NCBI RefSeq assembly: GCF_009914755.1
Contig: NC_060937.1
Strand: one strand, 5' to 3'
From: the human T2T-CHM13v2.0 reference genome, Homo sapiens
DNA: 64,000 nucleotides
The translations under genes were made by a program, and so were the position numbers. Below the pieces are notes generated by a model that saw nothing but the letters and a program-made list of their open reading frames with translations, was not told the DNA's origin and did no database searches. Positions 1 through 12,704 of the stretch are shown here, piece by piece; the first letter of the stretch is position 1, and every line of letters begins with the position of its first letter.

Positions 1-2661
1 TCAGGTTCAACATCATGGAGATGAGAAAGACCAAATGGCACCCAGGGTCCTGCTGAAATCAGAGGCATAAATCTCAGCTGCAGGCATGAGGAGCAATTCA
101 GGAACCCTTGAATAGATCCTTTCAGATTCTTAACGTGGCTTCATTGAACGAAGACCTCTCCAGGGTTCTGTCCTAAAGTCACCTCAGAAAGCTGTGTCTC
201 TGACATCACAGGAAGGGGACCCAGGGCCAGAAATCACTTCAGCATCATTCACCTCAATTTCACCTCTGAGAATTGAGGTATCATGAACAAACGTTACAAG
301 AATGCTCAAGAATCTGGCTACCAAATAGTCCATAGAGATATTATCCTAGATTAAATAAAATTAAGAAACATTTATTAGGCACCTACTCTAGGCAAGTCAC
401 AGTATTTCTTAAATTGGAAGAAACTTGCTGATGGATGAAGAATGAATAGAATTTTAACCCATGCAGGACTTAAAGAAAATAATTGCTATCTGCTCCAGTC
501 AAAGTCTACAGTGACATTCCAAGAACATGTGTCAGGAAATTGACTGAGAAAAGAGTTTTGAATTTTTGACTTACAAATGCATTGAGTTCGAACTAGAAAC
601 CAAAATCTACTTTTTTGCCTACTTTTCTCAAGTACAGCCGTCACACCAACAAGCTTGCTTTCAAAAAGGGAAAAGAAGATGTTTGATAGGATCAGAATAT
701 CCCAACTCCTGATATCTGACCAAATTAAATTTAAATGTTCAGAACTTTGCTTTTGAATATATAAAGCAACATGATGGCTGGCACCAAGGAAGGCAAGACC
801 ACCAGTAGTCTAAATGTTACCCTCAGGCATGCATGCCCTGGCAGCTGACCCTTCCCTGAAAGAAATGTCCCTTCTATTCAAAGACAATGTCTGGGGTGAA
901 GTAATTTATTAATTTATTAATACAAGAAGTAAAAAATACTATTTTTGGCCTAATATCCATAATAATATGGAAGAAATGACAAAAGAAACCCCATGGGTTC
1001 TCAACGTATTACACTTTCAGCCAACTTAATAGAAGACTTGGCTTTAGGATAAATGCTTGTATGTTTTATAAACACTCCTATTATTTAGGGAGGTCTGAGG
1101 GCATCTGGACATAGAATATTATTTTCAAGTTATAGCACATAATTTTTCAGGCAAAACTTACCCTTCAGAATGGAATATGAGCCATTTAATTTCCCCTTGT
1201 GTTTAGTCATATGAAAAAATGCCACACAAGGACCCGGGCAGAGAAACAAAGATAAGAGCTAGTCTTTTCCTTGCACAAAAATCTGCACGAGGAAAGGCGA
1301 TGGCTCTCGTTACTGTGCACAGATGCGTGGCTGTGAACTGCATAGCTTTCTTTTCTTCTTGGAAAATGGCCTCAAATTAGTCTAGGACATTGGATGAACT
1401 GTTGCTAACTAAGTAAAAAGTTCATTACTCTCTGCAACTCTTTGCATGAATGCCATTGAGTTATATCAACGGTTCTGAATTCTTTTTTCTCCAAGAGCCC
1501 CATTTGGCCTCTAAATCTCTTTCACAACTCCTCTCCCCTTCTTAAAGATGTTTCCTATTCACTGTGAGACTCTCATCCAAGGAAAATAAATGGAGGTGAA
1601 GGGCCTGGGGGTGGGGACAAGGATGCAGAGGGGAGCTGTTTTAGAGAAGAGAAGGGGAGGTGAGAGCTGCTACCCACATAATACATGGGCGCTTATTAGA
1701 GGGCTGGAGGACTCTTTTTTGGCAAACATCAAATTAGGTCCAAGCATTCATCCCAATTCACTGGAACATGCAAAATCAGTTGACAGGTTAGAGAAGAGAG
1801 GTTTTTAAAAGTTAACATTTGTTTTTCCCCTGAAAATATGAAATGACTGTGGGCTGCAGAAAAAAGTAGGAGCAAATGCGGAGGGTTTTTTTTTTTTTTT
1901 AGTATGAGAAACTAAATGGCTGGAATGGAACTATTTCATATTTTAGATGCAGGCTGTGATCGCTGAATAACCTTCTTATTTTGACTCACAGCTTGACACA
2001 ATGCAGGCTTTCATTGCATGAAGAGCCACAGCAAAGAGTTTTGGGCCACTTTCTCTTTTTATTCATTTTCTAAGCCCCATCCTTCTCCCACCCCAATTCC
2101 CCCATTTCCTCTGTCTGGGTTTGAATAGCTGAAGTGTGCCCACAATATGTATGCACTAGACACATTGTTACCTCCCTTTTACCAAAAGCACCTGGCAGGG
2201 TCACCAGTCCCAAGTCCCTCCATGGTGCCTGGCTTAACTCTTTGAGTGACAAACATCCAAATATATTTTTCAAATAATTTTAACAAATATTAGAAATAAT
2301 CTAACAAATGATTTTAATTAATACTTTATGGGAAGAAAATTAAACCTGTTATATTTGGTTGTTTTATAATTTTCTTTCTAATTTCCTCTCTTCTCGAACC
2401 CTTTTCCCTTGGGTTCTTAACTTACAATGTGAACTTGTTCTTTCCCAGCTGAATCAGTGGGAGATGATATCATTCATTGATTTTAAATCTAAATCTGAAA
2501 ATATCTACAGACTTTGTGGTCACAGAACAAGCAACCACACATATTGGGTAAAGGGGAAAACATTACCCATTGTGCAGAAAAGCCTAGGAATCATCAGATG
2601 CTTTGTATTTCTAGAAACCTCGCTCTTTTCAAGAGGCCAGAGGGCCATCAGAGGATAACTC

Positions 2662-2785
2662 TTCAGCTTTCTGCTTCCAGCCAATATGGAGTAACAGGGA
2701 CTAGAGGTACCCTTCTATCTGAAACAACCGAAAATCTGAAAAAACTATGAAATAATCATTTCAAGACACTGGACAACAGGTAGCT
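2662..2785 (+). mobile_element. Old L1M 5'-UTR fragment
   Basis: cttccagccaatatggagtaacagggact...tttcaagacactggaca resembles the recalled 5' end of mammalian-wide L1M. Confidence 0.55.
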
Positions 2786-3349
2786 TAAGATAACCTAAAG
2801 CAGATGCAGATCTATTTTAGTTAGAAGTTGTAGTTTGGGCAATCAGCAAAAGAGTTTAATTTCTTCCTTGGTGGAGGTGTAGAATGTTGGACATGCTGCT
2901 TGTAGTAACCTGTGGGAGGCCCCCCTCTTGTCCAGGTCAGACAGGAGTCCTCCCTAAATACTGTGTGCCATGGATCTTCAAGAAGTGCACCAGAAATGGG
3001 TTTTGATGAGTAGAAAACCTCAATCTCTCCTCATTTTCATCCAGACTGAGGATGAAATGAAAATGAGAGCTACACCTGTCCTTGAACATGAGCACAAGCT
3101 GATTGTGTTTGGAGCCACAGTAGAAGACAGGAGCCATAGGAAGTCAGGGGCTGCCTCCCCCCATCACAACAGGGGCTAGCAATGGCCTTCTTAGGGGCAG
3201 CACCTAGACCACGGTGCTCAGGGGGGAACAGCATGTCTGGAGTCTGTGGCTCACGTGCCCATAAGATGCCTTCTTCCCATGGGATGTGACTGGTGAATAG
3301 GTTAAAAACTAGGACTTTGAATCCTGATTTGAAAAGTAAGTGTGATTCT

Positions 3350-3498
3350 TGAGGGAGCTTCTAGGGTGCTGCGAATGTCCTGTTCCTTGATCTGGATGAT
3401 GGTTAGACAAGTATGTTTATTTTGTGATCATTCATCAAGCTGTATATTGATGACTGTGAACTTTTCTATACATATATTATAGTTCAGCAAAAAGTTAA
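3350..3498 (+). mobile_element. L1ME 3'-UTR fragment
   Basis: ttctagggtgctg...ttccttgatctgg...ttcatcaagctgta...aaaaagttaaa is typical of an L1ME 3' end. Confidence 0.65.
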
Positions 3499-3855
3499 AC
3501 AGGCATAGTGGCTCACATTAATTATGTCTTTTTTACAATTACTTCATTATAGAAGAATGTATTAGTAAAGCTCGAGTATTGATTTCACCTCATATTTTTA
3601 ATGATGATCCTAGAGGTCTTACATATTTTCAAATAACAAATAATAATTCATTCTCTTTATTCCTGCAGGTGGAGACAAAGCTATATCATTCAATCCTATG
3701 CCCTTTGTTAGGAAATATTTACTTTTTAAATGGAAATAAATATTGTCCTTGACAAGAGTGTGGCAGCCATTGGGCAAGTAGGATGGTATTATTTAGAAAA
3801 TGTTGATGCTTAACAACACAAAAGCCTGGATTTTTTAGTTACCAGATGACTAATA

Positions 3856-3900
3856 TTTGTTTGTTCATTTTTGTTCTGTTTTGTTTTGTTTTGTTTTTTT
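3856..3900. repeat. (GTTTT)n simple repeat
   Basis: Directly visible. Confidence 0.8.
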
Positions 3901-4861
3901 CATTCCTAATGTCATAAACACAATGCCTTATTTTAAAATTGTTCTCTCTGTTTGATGTTAAATTCTTAGAGTCAAGCACTGTATCTTTTTTATTTTAAAA
4001 TGATGGTACAGTTGGCAGTATTACTAATGTGCTTGTGAGATTGAAAAGGACAATACTTCCCAGAGGCCTGTTAGACTACACACCAATCCAAACTAACCTT
4101 AAGTGACCAGATATTCAATATTATAAAATACAGTCACTAATTTGGACTCTGACCCCAAACCAACAAATGACCTAGAATCTGTCTCAGTTTAATCTCAGCA
4201 CACCTGAACATCATTTATCTATAGGCAGCTCCTCAAGCTAAGTGGCCATCCAAATACAACTGTAACACAATTTTCATGTAGAAGTCCAACTTGAGTTTAC
4301 CGAGGGCATTTTCCATTCCTCTTTTGTTGAAGGTCTTCTGATAAACATATAACCTGAAGGCAAGTGAGATCATTTTTCATTCTAGCCTACAGGAAGTGGA
4401 AGCTAGGCTGGAAGTGGCCCCAAACAGCATGGATTCTGGGGGGAGAAAGTGTGGTAAGAAGGGAAGCAAGCTGGTTGCTGCAAAGTTTGATGCAGGGCCG
4501 GCTCCATCTGGTCACATAACACGGTCCACTCCACACAGCCCATTTAATACATTAAGAAGGGATAAGGAGAAGGCTGTGCCTGGAAAAGCTGTCATCACCT
4601 TCATTGATGAGCCAAGAGCTTCTATTCATGGAACACTTAGAATATACCTATTTGTCAGAGTACAGCACACCTGACATCACCTGCAAAGAATAGCTCAGGT
4701 GCAGAACCCGTCAGGAGAACATCCTATGAGGGTAATGGCATGGCCTAGAATAGCTGTGAGCAATGAGTGGTGGATTCTAGATTAGTTGGTAAACTCCAGC
4801 AGAGACTTGGAGGAGACCACCACTACCTAGAAGAGGCAGGAGCTCTGGGCTTCAGATCCGT

Positions 4862-4960
4862 CCAACTAGTATTTGCTGAACAGTGTTCTGCACCAGGGGC
4901 AGTAAGCATTGGATATAGAAGTCAACAAGACCTGAAGTTCACAAGGAGTTCATAGTTTAG
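4862..4960 (-). mobile_element. L2 3' fragment
   Basis: caactagtatttgctgaac...ggagttcatagtttag resembles an antisense L2 tail. Confidence 0.4.
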
Positions 4961-5861
4961 AACACAGTAGACAGTTCACTGAGTTGGAATTTGTTAGAAA
5001 CTGTAAATAACCAGAGCTTTTAGTTTACTGTAAAGGAGTGAATAATTCATGTGGCAATTGTCCAGATGTCTACAAGGAGATTTCCAGCTCCTGTTCTCTT
5101 AGATTCAAAGTTAAGGAAACCTGTTTTGATGAAGATAATGTCCTTAACCAAGGCCCAGGAACAGGGGAGAACAGTGAAGTCCTTCAAATAAAGTTTTCAA
5201 GAGAATAGAAAGAGAGGAACCTCTGGGCTCCCACTCTGAAGGCTGGTGGTTCAGGAGCTCCCAGAGTATGGGTGCTGAGATGAGCATGCATCCTGGGGAC
5301 AGTCTGGTAGCCTGAAAAAAATGTGTCTGAGGGCTAACATGTTCAACTCAGTGTCATTTGGTTGTGGGAACTCCTAAATGAGCAATGTATTAGGGAAGAG
5401 CAAGTCTAACTTGATGAACTGCCAGGGACTAGGCAGGAATTGGAGTGAAGGCCCAGTCTCAGGTCCTTGGCCTTGATCATGGCCAACCGCAATATGCTTC
5501 AGCCTTGTGGCTATGGCATAGTCAACAGAGAACCTTTTTGAATGCCTGGAATTCAGCTAGCTCTACCTTTGGAAGAAGGATACTTGCTTTGCAACAGCAA
5601 TGAAGGTCATCAAAAGAGGTGCATCTGAGTCCCTGCTCCAGAAATAAAACTGGAAAACTGAGAATTTGTTGAAATTCTAGTAAACTCCTTGGCATTCTGG
5701 GCTATATCAGGGTATATAGTGAGGATGTCGGAAAACTGAAGGTAGTAAGGCAGGGATTAAAGGGGTTGGATTTCTTGTTATCTGGCCATGTGAGAAATTA
5801 AGTATTTTACTTTGGGTCTTCACTGGTAAATACTACCTTCTCATATTTATTTAGTTTTTCT

Positions 5862-5953
5862 AGCCAGTCAAATTTAGCAGTTGGGGGTTTTATACCAACT
5901 TTGGTGACACTAATGTTAATAAATTCTGATAACCCACTACCATCAGACCAGCC
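5862..5953 (-). pseudogene. RNY4P: Retroposed Y4 RNA pseudogene
   Basis: Minus strand reads GGCTGGTCTGATGGTAGTGGGTTATCAGAATTTATTAACATTAGTGTCACCAAAGTTGGTATAAAACCCCCAACTGCTAAATTTGACTGGCT, about 5 substitutions from recalled hY4. It has an A-rich tail and TSD cttctca(t/g)att at 5837-5847 and 5954-5964. Confidence 0.95.
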
Positions 5954-7813
5954 CTTCTCAGATTGAAAATTAACTTATGTCTATGGTCATTTTCTAGTTA
6001 CTATTCAGGAGTTCTCTCGTACACACAATTCATCCTTTAAATTGTTAACAGTGTCTACTTACACTCCTCCATCAGAAACAAAAAGGATCAGAGAATTTAC
6101 CCTAACAGGTATTTCTGCTAATCCTTTTATTTTTGAATTATTTAATATTTTTGATAGGGCATTCAGAAGAGACCTCAGCTGGAAGATTACACCTCATACA
6201 ACATCTTGCTTTTCTAGTTTATCTTGTATTTAAACTAAATCCTTCAGATGAGAAATTGAAGCAGAAGGACCACTCCCAAATCAAAACGGAGAGAGTAGGG
6301 GTTAAGAGTACTTGGAGGATGGAGGATTTTCCACTTTGCTCAGCTTTGGGGAGTGAAGGAAATGATATATCAAAGTAGGGACAGAACTCAATGCCCTGGG
6401 ATACAAATGTGATGTACAGAGAGTAGGATGATCTCTATAAGGTACAGTCAGGATAGAGCCCAGCAGTGCCTCAACCGTATACATCCCTGGCTCAGGAAAT
6501 CCTGCACTCCAACAGCAGGAAACATAGGAGCACTCTGAAATCCTAGGGCTTAAAACTCCTCACTGGTGGAGAAGGGTTAGCAGGCTAGCAAAGGAAGCTA
6601 TATGAACCCTAGTGAGAAGAGAGGAGGAAATCAGTGACCCAAAACAACCAGGCTTGGGAGGCCAGGCTAAAGGGAGAAATTTCCCTCTCCAGGAGATTAC
6701 AGGAAGCTGGTCCAGACCTCTGCGGCAGCATGAATAGCCAGAGGAAGGAATGGGGAGGCAGATAAAGAGGGCAGCTGAACACTGGCTCGGCCCCTTTTAA
6801 TCCAGCTGACAGTGAGTGGAAGGAGAATAGTGGATGCCCGGACAAGGGCATGTGGTTCTAGGTGATCGTGGGATCCTGCAGAGTTTGTTGTCAATGGGCA
6901 GGGAGTGGAGAGGAGATGCACAGTTGTTAGGACTGGACAGTTTGGAAATCACATTTCAAGAAAATGACAACCCCAGTAGGGTAAGTGATATTGAAACAAG
7001 GTTTGCAGAGAGAAAATGGTACTCACTTATATTTGCACTTTTAAGATTCAACTTTACAACGGTGGCATTTCAGACAAATATGAAATTGATAATCATTTTT
7101 TATAGGGCTCCCAGGAAGAGCCACTCTGTGATGTGAATTCTATCTAGCCCTGCTGATTTGAGGTCTCTGGATTCCAGAGGGGACACTTGGATTTGACCCA
7201 CAGCAACCCTATTAACTCATTGCTGAAATGAAGCAAAACTTTTACTTGTTGGTTGACTGATTGATTCGTGTAAGCCCCCTCAGATTCTAGCATGCATGAG
7301 AAGAGGAAGAAGCCTGATCAAACTGTCTCCCATCCATAATACAATAACTATACATTATTAAGAAAGATTTGCATCTGAAATGCTCAAGACAACTGAGACA
7401 CTTAATACTATTAATCACATTATGAGCCCCAAGAGATTGCTTACTGGAAGGGATTTTGAGAAATTTACAGATGGGAAATGGAAGGCACCACAAGTCTGCT
7501 GGTTCTCTGCCCATTTTTTTTCTCAAAGGTAGGAAATGTCCCTCTTCATTGTGAGATTGGCTCATCATGCTGTGAACTATAATGAGCAGACTGGGTCAAG
7601 GGTCAGGGGAGTGGAGTGAAAAAGAGAGTGTGGGTGGTCACTGCACAAAAAGCCAGTTCCAGGCAAGATGGTCAAATTTAGTTTCAGCAAAGTGTTCTTG
7701 CACTGCCTGCCAAGAAGATGGGGTTAATTGGTAGGAAAGTGTGGGAGGAAACTGATGTTAGTGGAACATTTAACTGCATGCTTTAGCATTTAACTGGATT
7801 CTGTATCAAGTGA

Positions 7814-7850
7814 TGTGTGTGTGCGTGTGGTGTGTGTGGTGTGTGTGTGT
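7814..7850. repeat. (TG)n microsatellite, imperfect
   Basis: Directly visible. Confidence 0.85.
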
Positions 7851-8000
7851 ATTAACTCACCCTACAACCCTAAGAAATGAGAATTAGTTTCACCATTTTA
7901 CAGATGAGAAACAGATTAACTAATCTTGCCTGGCTGCATAGAGTTACTAAGAGGCATAGTGAGGCTCAGAACAAATAACTGACTGAGTCCTATGTGTTTG
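7851..8000 (-). mobile_element. MIR
   Basis: MIR core ccattttacagatgagaaac. Confidence 0.7.
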
Positions 8001-8102
8001 CTGTTTTAATATGATTCACCTTATTTGTTAAGTGTTAACTATATATATATTTATGCACATACACACATATACATATATACACATACAACACACACACACA
8101 AT

Positions 8103-8398
8103 CAGTTCTCTATTTGTGCAGGTTCTGCATTCACAGATTCAACCAACAGTTAGTTGAAAATATTTGGGAAAAAAACAACAATACGACATTAAAACATTTT
8201 TTAAAATACAGCATAACAACTAAGCACATTGTATTAGGTATTGTAAGTAATCTAGAGATTATTTAAAGTATTCGGGAAGATGTGTGTAGGTTATATAGAA
8301 ATACTATACCATTTTATATCAGTGACTTGGGCATCTGTGGATTTTGGTATCTGTGGGGATCCTGGAACCAATCCCCCATGGATAGTGAGGGAAAACTG
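8103..8398. mobile_element. MER2 (TcMar-Tigger MITE)
   Basis: cagtt...aactg termini, TA at the right end, internal gtattaggtatt-taagtaatctagaga and ggaaccaatccccc. Confidence 0.85.
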
Positions 8399-8999
8399 TA
8401 TATATTTCATTTTATTTTCATTTTAAAAAGTTGCAGTTGGCAGACAGAAGGCAACTATGCTTCCTTGCTATGGAATTTCAGCCACTTAGGATAGAGGTGT
8501 GGAGCAATTACATTTTGGCATGGAATTTTCTCGACATGCCATGCTTAGAGCTTTTCCTGTGTGACAACTGTTACCACTATAAAATAATAAACGGTAAGCA
8601 GAGTGCTTAATTGCCCTTTCCATCTTCACACGTACTCCACCACATGGTAATCAGTATATGGTCCTGGATGAATATTTATTTCAGCCCTCCCTGTGAATAT
8701 GCAGGAATGTGAGGTATTCAAAGCAGGAAACTGCACCATCAGCAACATTGTCTTTGATTGTTGGCATTTGCTCACAGGCGTCCACCCAACGGCCCATGAT
8801 CATCTTGTAACCAGTGCAGGACCTTGTGCTTCTGGAGCCATTCCAGTTGTGGGAGGTGATGTCTCGGAAAACTCTGCCTTGGGGACTGGCTATAGAAATG
8901 TGGCCAGATGGCTTTGTCATCTTCCCCTGTCTACTCTGTGACTCTTCATCTGGTGGAAATGCTGTGAGGGATGAACCAAATGGAAACTCAGATTTACTC

Positions 9000-9145
9000 T
9001 TCAGAATAATGCGGATCATAATACGCACACACACAGCATGTAGAGTTGCTGTGTGGCTTAAATAAGTAAATGTATGCAAAGCACTAAAATGGTGTCTGTC
9101 TAAGTGTAAACACCAATTGTGTTGGCTATTATCACTATTGTTGTT
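9000..9145 (+). mobile_element. MIR 3' part
   Basis: aatgtatgcaaagcact...tgttggctattat. Confidence 0.55.
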
Positions 9146-9379
9146 CTTATCTCAAATATGTGTTACTTTCTAAATAACTTTAGTGTTCATAGATTGTTAA
9201 AAGACAAGATGACCTGAAGAAAAGTAAGCCCTAAAAATCCATTATTAACTTTTTTCTCCACCACTCTTTTCTTCTAAACTTCACTATTCTTTGTGTTTTC
9301 ACAAAAGTTGCTTACTTCACCTGGCAGAGATAGCATTACGCAGGGGATGATTAAAATATACTCACTTGTACTTGTTGGT

Positions 9380-9812
9380 TTTAAATTTTATTATTTATGA
9401 ATAGGTAATAGCATGTACACTGTAAAAATCTCAAAAGGCAAAAAAGGATATACAGTAAACATTAAGTTCCTCTTACCCTGGACCTTAGCCATCAAGTTCT
9501 CTTCCCCATAGGCAATCCCTGTTGCCTAATTTCCAATTCCCCTGCATACTTTAAAGATCATCTGTGCATCTGCACTCAGACCACTCACACGTCTAAAACA
9601 AATGATAGCACACTACACACAAAGTTCTGTTCCTTTTTATGCTCAATGATATGTTTTGCATCATATTTCACTGCCGTATAAATAATGCTGCCTCGATTTT
9701 TAAAATAACTGAACAGTAATACACAGTATGAATTTACTCCAATTTATAATCCAATCCTTAGTTAATGGATATTTTGATTTTGTTGTTAAGAATCATGCAG
9801 CAATGATGTACC
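9380..9812 (-). mobile_element. Old L1ME/L1MC 3' fragment (host of the LTR10)
   Basis: Antisense L1M 3'-UTR-like sequence (aaaaggatatacagtaaa, gttaatggatattt). Confidence 0.5.
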
Positions 9813-10398
9813 TGTTAGACATGAGTTATTAATTTCTCTTCGAAGAATCAATATGTCACTACGTTCAATTCTTTGCCTTCTACTTTTAAACTTCACTTCC
9901 TCATAAAGCAACCTTTTGCGATCATCTGCTCCACCCTGACTCATTCCAATCACCTGCTCCACCCTGACTCATTCTGATCACCTGCTCTGCCCAGACTCAT
10001 TCCCATCACCTGCTCCACCCTGACTCATTCCGATTACCTGCTCCACCCTGACTTATTCCAATTACCTGCTCCACCCTGTCTCATTCTCCACCCTGACTCA
10101 TTCCATAACCATTTTTCCCACCAAACCAGTCACCCCCTCACCCTCTTTAAATTAGCTAATCGGAATTAGTTTAGCTTGTGTGGTCTAACCTAGCCAATAG
10201 ATGAATGACACAGCAGCAGGAGCCACGTTCGTCAGGGATAAGAACACCTTCCCCTTCCTTGTCCAGGGGTGTACTCACCATTGCTCCATCTGTGAGGGCG
10301 CACCCTTCTATAGAAGTAAATTGCCTTGCTGAGAAGAAAAAAAGAAAATTTTATATTTGAGTGCTATTTATTTTGTGGCACCAAAACTATTTATAACA
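9813..10398 (+). mobile_element. Solo LTR10 (LTR10A/F-like, ERV1/HERV-I family)
   Basis: TG...CA ends; 4-bp TSD TACC (9809-9812, 10399-10402); start tgttagacatgagtt...gttcaattctttgccttctacttttaaac matches recalled LTR10; internal 28-bp repeat, CCAAT box, AGTAAA. Confidence 0.9.
9920..10104 (+). repeat. 28-bp tandem repeat with AP-1 motifs inside LTR10
   Basis: Six units plus a partial of RATYACCTGCTCCACCCTGACTCATTCC; perfect TGACTCA at 9937, 9965, 10021 and 10094. Confidence 0.95.
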
Positions 10399-10590
10399 TA
10401 CCTGATCTTTATTTTAAATTTTTGTTTATTTAAATATTAAATATATTATCCACCTGGTATTAATTTGTTTAAATAAATGTGAGGTAGGGTTCCATTGCTA
10501 TTTTTTAACCAGGTAGGTTATATTGACTAACCTTCACTTTGAAAGTGATTTGAAATACACTTTTCATTTATTAAATTCTCCCTTGTGTTT

Positions 10591-10855
10591 AGGCAGTAAG
10601 GCATAATATTTGAGAGTGTGGGCTCTGCAGTCCAGCTATCTGGGTTTGAAGTTTATCTCCTTTATTTGCGAGTGGTACAAACTTGAACAAATTATGTAAT
10701 TTGTTTTTCTCAATTCCCTCATGCACTAAGTGAGGATAAAAATAGCAATAACACCATGAGATTGCTGATAACAAAATGCAAGGTAAAAATTGTGTAAGGC
10801 TTAAAATTGTGTAGCCTGGTATACAAGAGGCTCTAAATAACATAAGCTATTATTG
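10591..10855 (+). mobile_element. MIR, near full length
   Basis: ggcagta...gggctctgcagtcca...ctgggtttgaa...ataacataagctattatt. Confidence 0.75.
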
Positions 10856-10859
10856 CTTT

Positions 10860-12480
10860 TCTACTTATTATTATTTCTGGCTTTTGTAGTCTTTTTCCCA
10901 TTGTTGATCTTTCTACTATTCACAAAGCATGAGTCTAGTATCTGTAGATTTATAAACTAATTAATGTAACTTTTCAATATGTTTTAATATCTCATAGATA
11001 CTGTTCTTCCTCATTACTTTTCTATTTTATAAATTTCTATTTCATCTGCTTCATAAATTTTGCATTCTCATAAACTAAGAATCATCTCCTGTAGTTAAAA
11101 AATATTGTTTGTATTTTTGTTGGGAGTAGAGTGAATTAAAATATATTGACTTAAGGAGAACTGACATCTTTATAATATTGAATCTTCCTGTTTGAGATTG
11201 GACTTTATGTCCATATTTTAAAGTCTTTGTTTATGACCCTAAGTATAATTTTAACGTTTTTATATTAGGCTTATTTCTAGATACTTTTTGTTAATATATC
11301 ATCTAACTGGTTGTTCTTCATATATATAATGACTATGAATTTTTTCTCAGTCTTTTTTCTGAATTCTCACATCATTTGTGTTATATTTTTAAGTTGATTC
11401 TCTTGAGTTTTTCAGGTAAACAATTATATCACCTATAAAAATAATGTTGCCACCTTAAATTAAGAAAATGTTTTTCTATTGTCTAATTGCATGGACTGTT
11501 GCCTCAGGAACAGTATAAGATTGCTTACAAAAGCCTTGCTTTCTTGTTCCAGATTTTAAAAACAAGGCTTTCAATGACAATCTCGCTAGCAAGAAGCTGG
11601 TATACTTACATACATACATACAAACAGACAGACACCCACTTTCTATATGTATATCTAGATAGATTTAGATAGACATATATGTGTGATTCCTGTTAAGATG
11701 AATCTATTTTTGGTATTTAAGATTTTAAAAATCTAGAATGGGTATTATTATATTGTATTGAAGCTCTTAAGCATCTATGGAAATGAAAGTATGATTCTTC
11801 TCTTTCGACTAATTAATATGTGATCCATAGTATTTTAGTAACAGATTTCCTAATATCGAATGATCTAGGCATTGATTCTAGCAGATTATGTCTATGGGTA
11901 TTTTATTTAAGATTTTGCATCAGTATTAATAAATGACCATGGTCTATGGGTTTGCTTTTTTGTGTGCTATGTTTGCAGAGTGTTTGTAGTTTACAAGAGA
12001 TTTTTGCAAACTTCTATTTATGACAATATGGTAGATTATATATCTGAAAAAAAAACCTTCTCATTACAGAACATATACAAAACTGCTGAATAAAACGAGG
12101 CAACCAACATTTTAAATATATGGTTAATAAGGTTTTATATCTGTTGTGGTGTCATTTTTTGGAAATTTTCTATTGTCATAAACAATTATACATTATCTCT
12201 CGGTTCCCAAACTTATTTGCAGACTTGAAGTACTCTTCTGTGAATAACTCAAAGTCTGTGTGTCTATGATCATTTCCTATTATCTTTGTAAATGTTGCAT
12301 ATTTCTGCTTAATACTTATTTTATTAAATTAGGTAATTGTTTATCCACTTCATTATTTTTTAAAGTAGTTTTTGGAATTATTAACTCTATCATTTTTCTG
12401 TTTTGACATTATCAATTTCAGTTTTCATACTTACCAAAATTTCCTTTTGTCATTTGCTTTCTAATTTCTTGAGATAATTT
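10860..12480 (-). mobile_element. Highly decayed L1M ORF2-region fragments
   Basis: Antisense L1 motifs gaactgacatctttataatattgaatcttcc and gattttgcatcagtatt. Confidence 0.5.
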
Positions 12481-12704
12481 TTTGTCAATATTTTGCTATG
12501 AAAAATTCTAAACATACAACAAAGTTGAAAAAAATTATACAGGGAACACATAGATTTATTGATTTCATAGATTCTACAAATAACATTTTCTTTATGATCA
12601 TTTGTAACATTTATCTCTGTTTATCCAGCAATCCATCTTACTGCGTTGACTTATTTCAAAGTAGTTTAAGAAATCAGTTTTCTTCCCCCAACTATTTCAT
12701 TATA

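Noticed and set aside
9920-10104. 28-bp array as a CRISPR array
   Set aside because: Units are head-to-tail with no unique spacers, lie inside an LTR in primate DNA, and there are no cas genes
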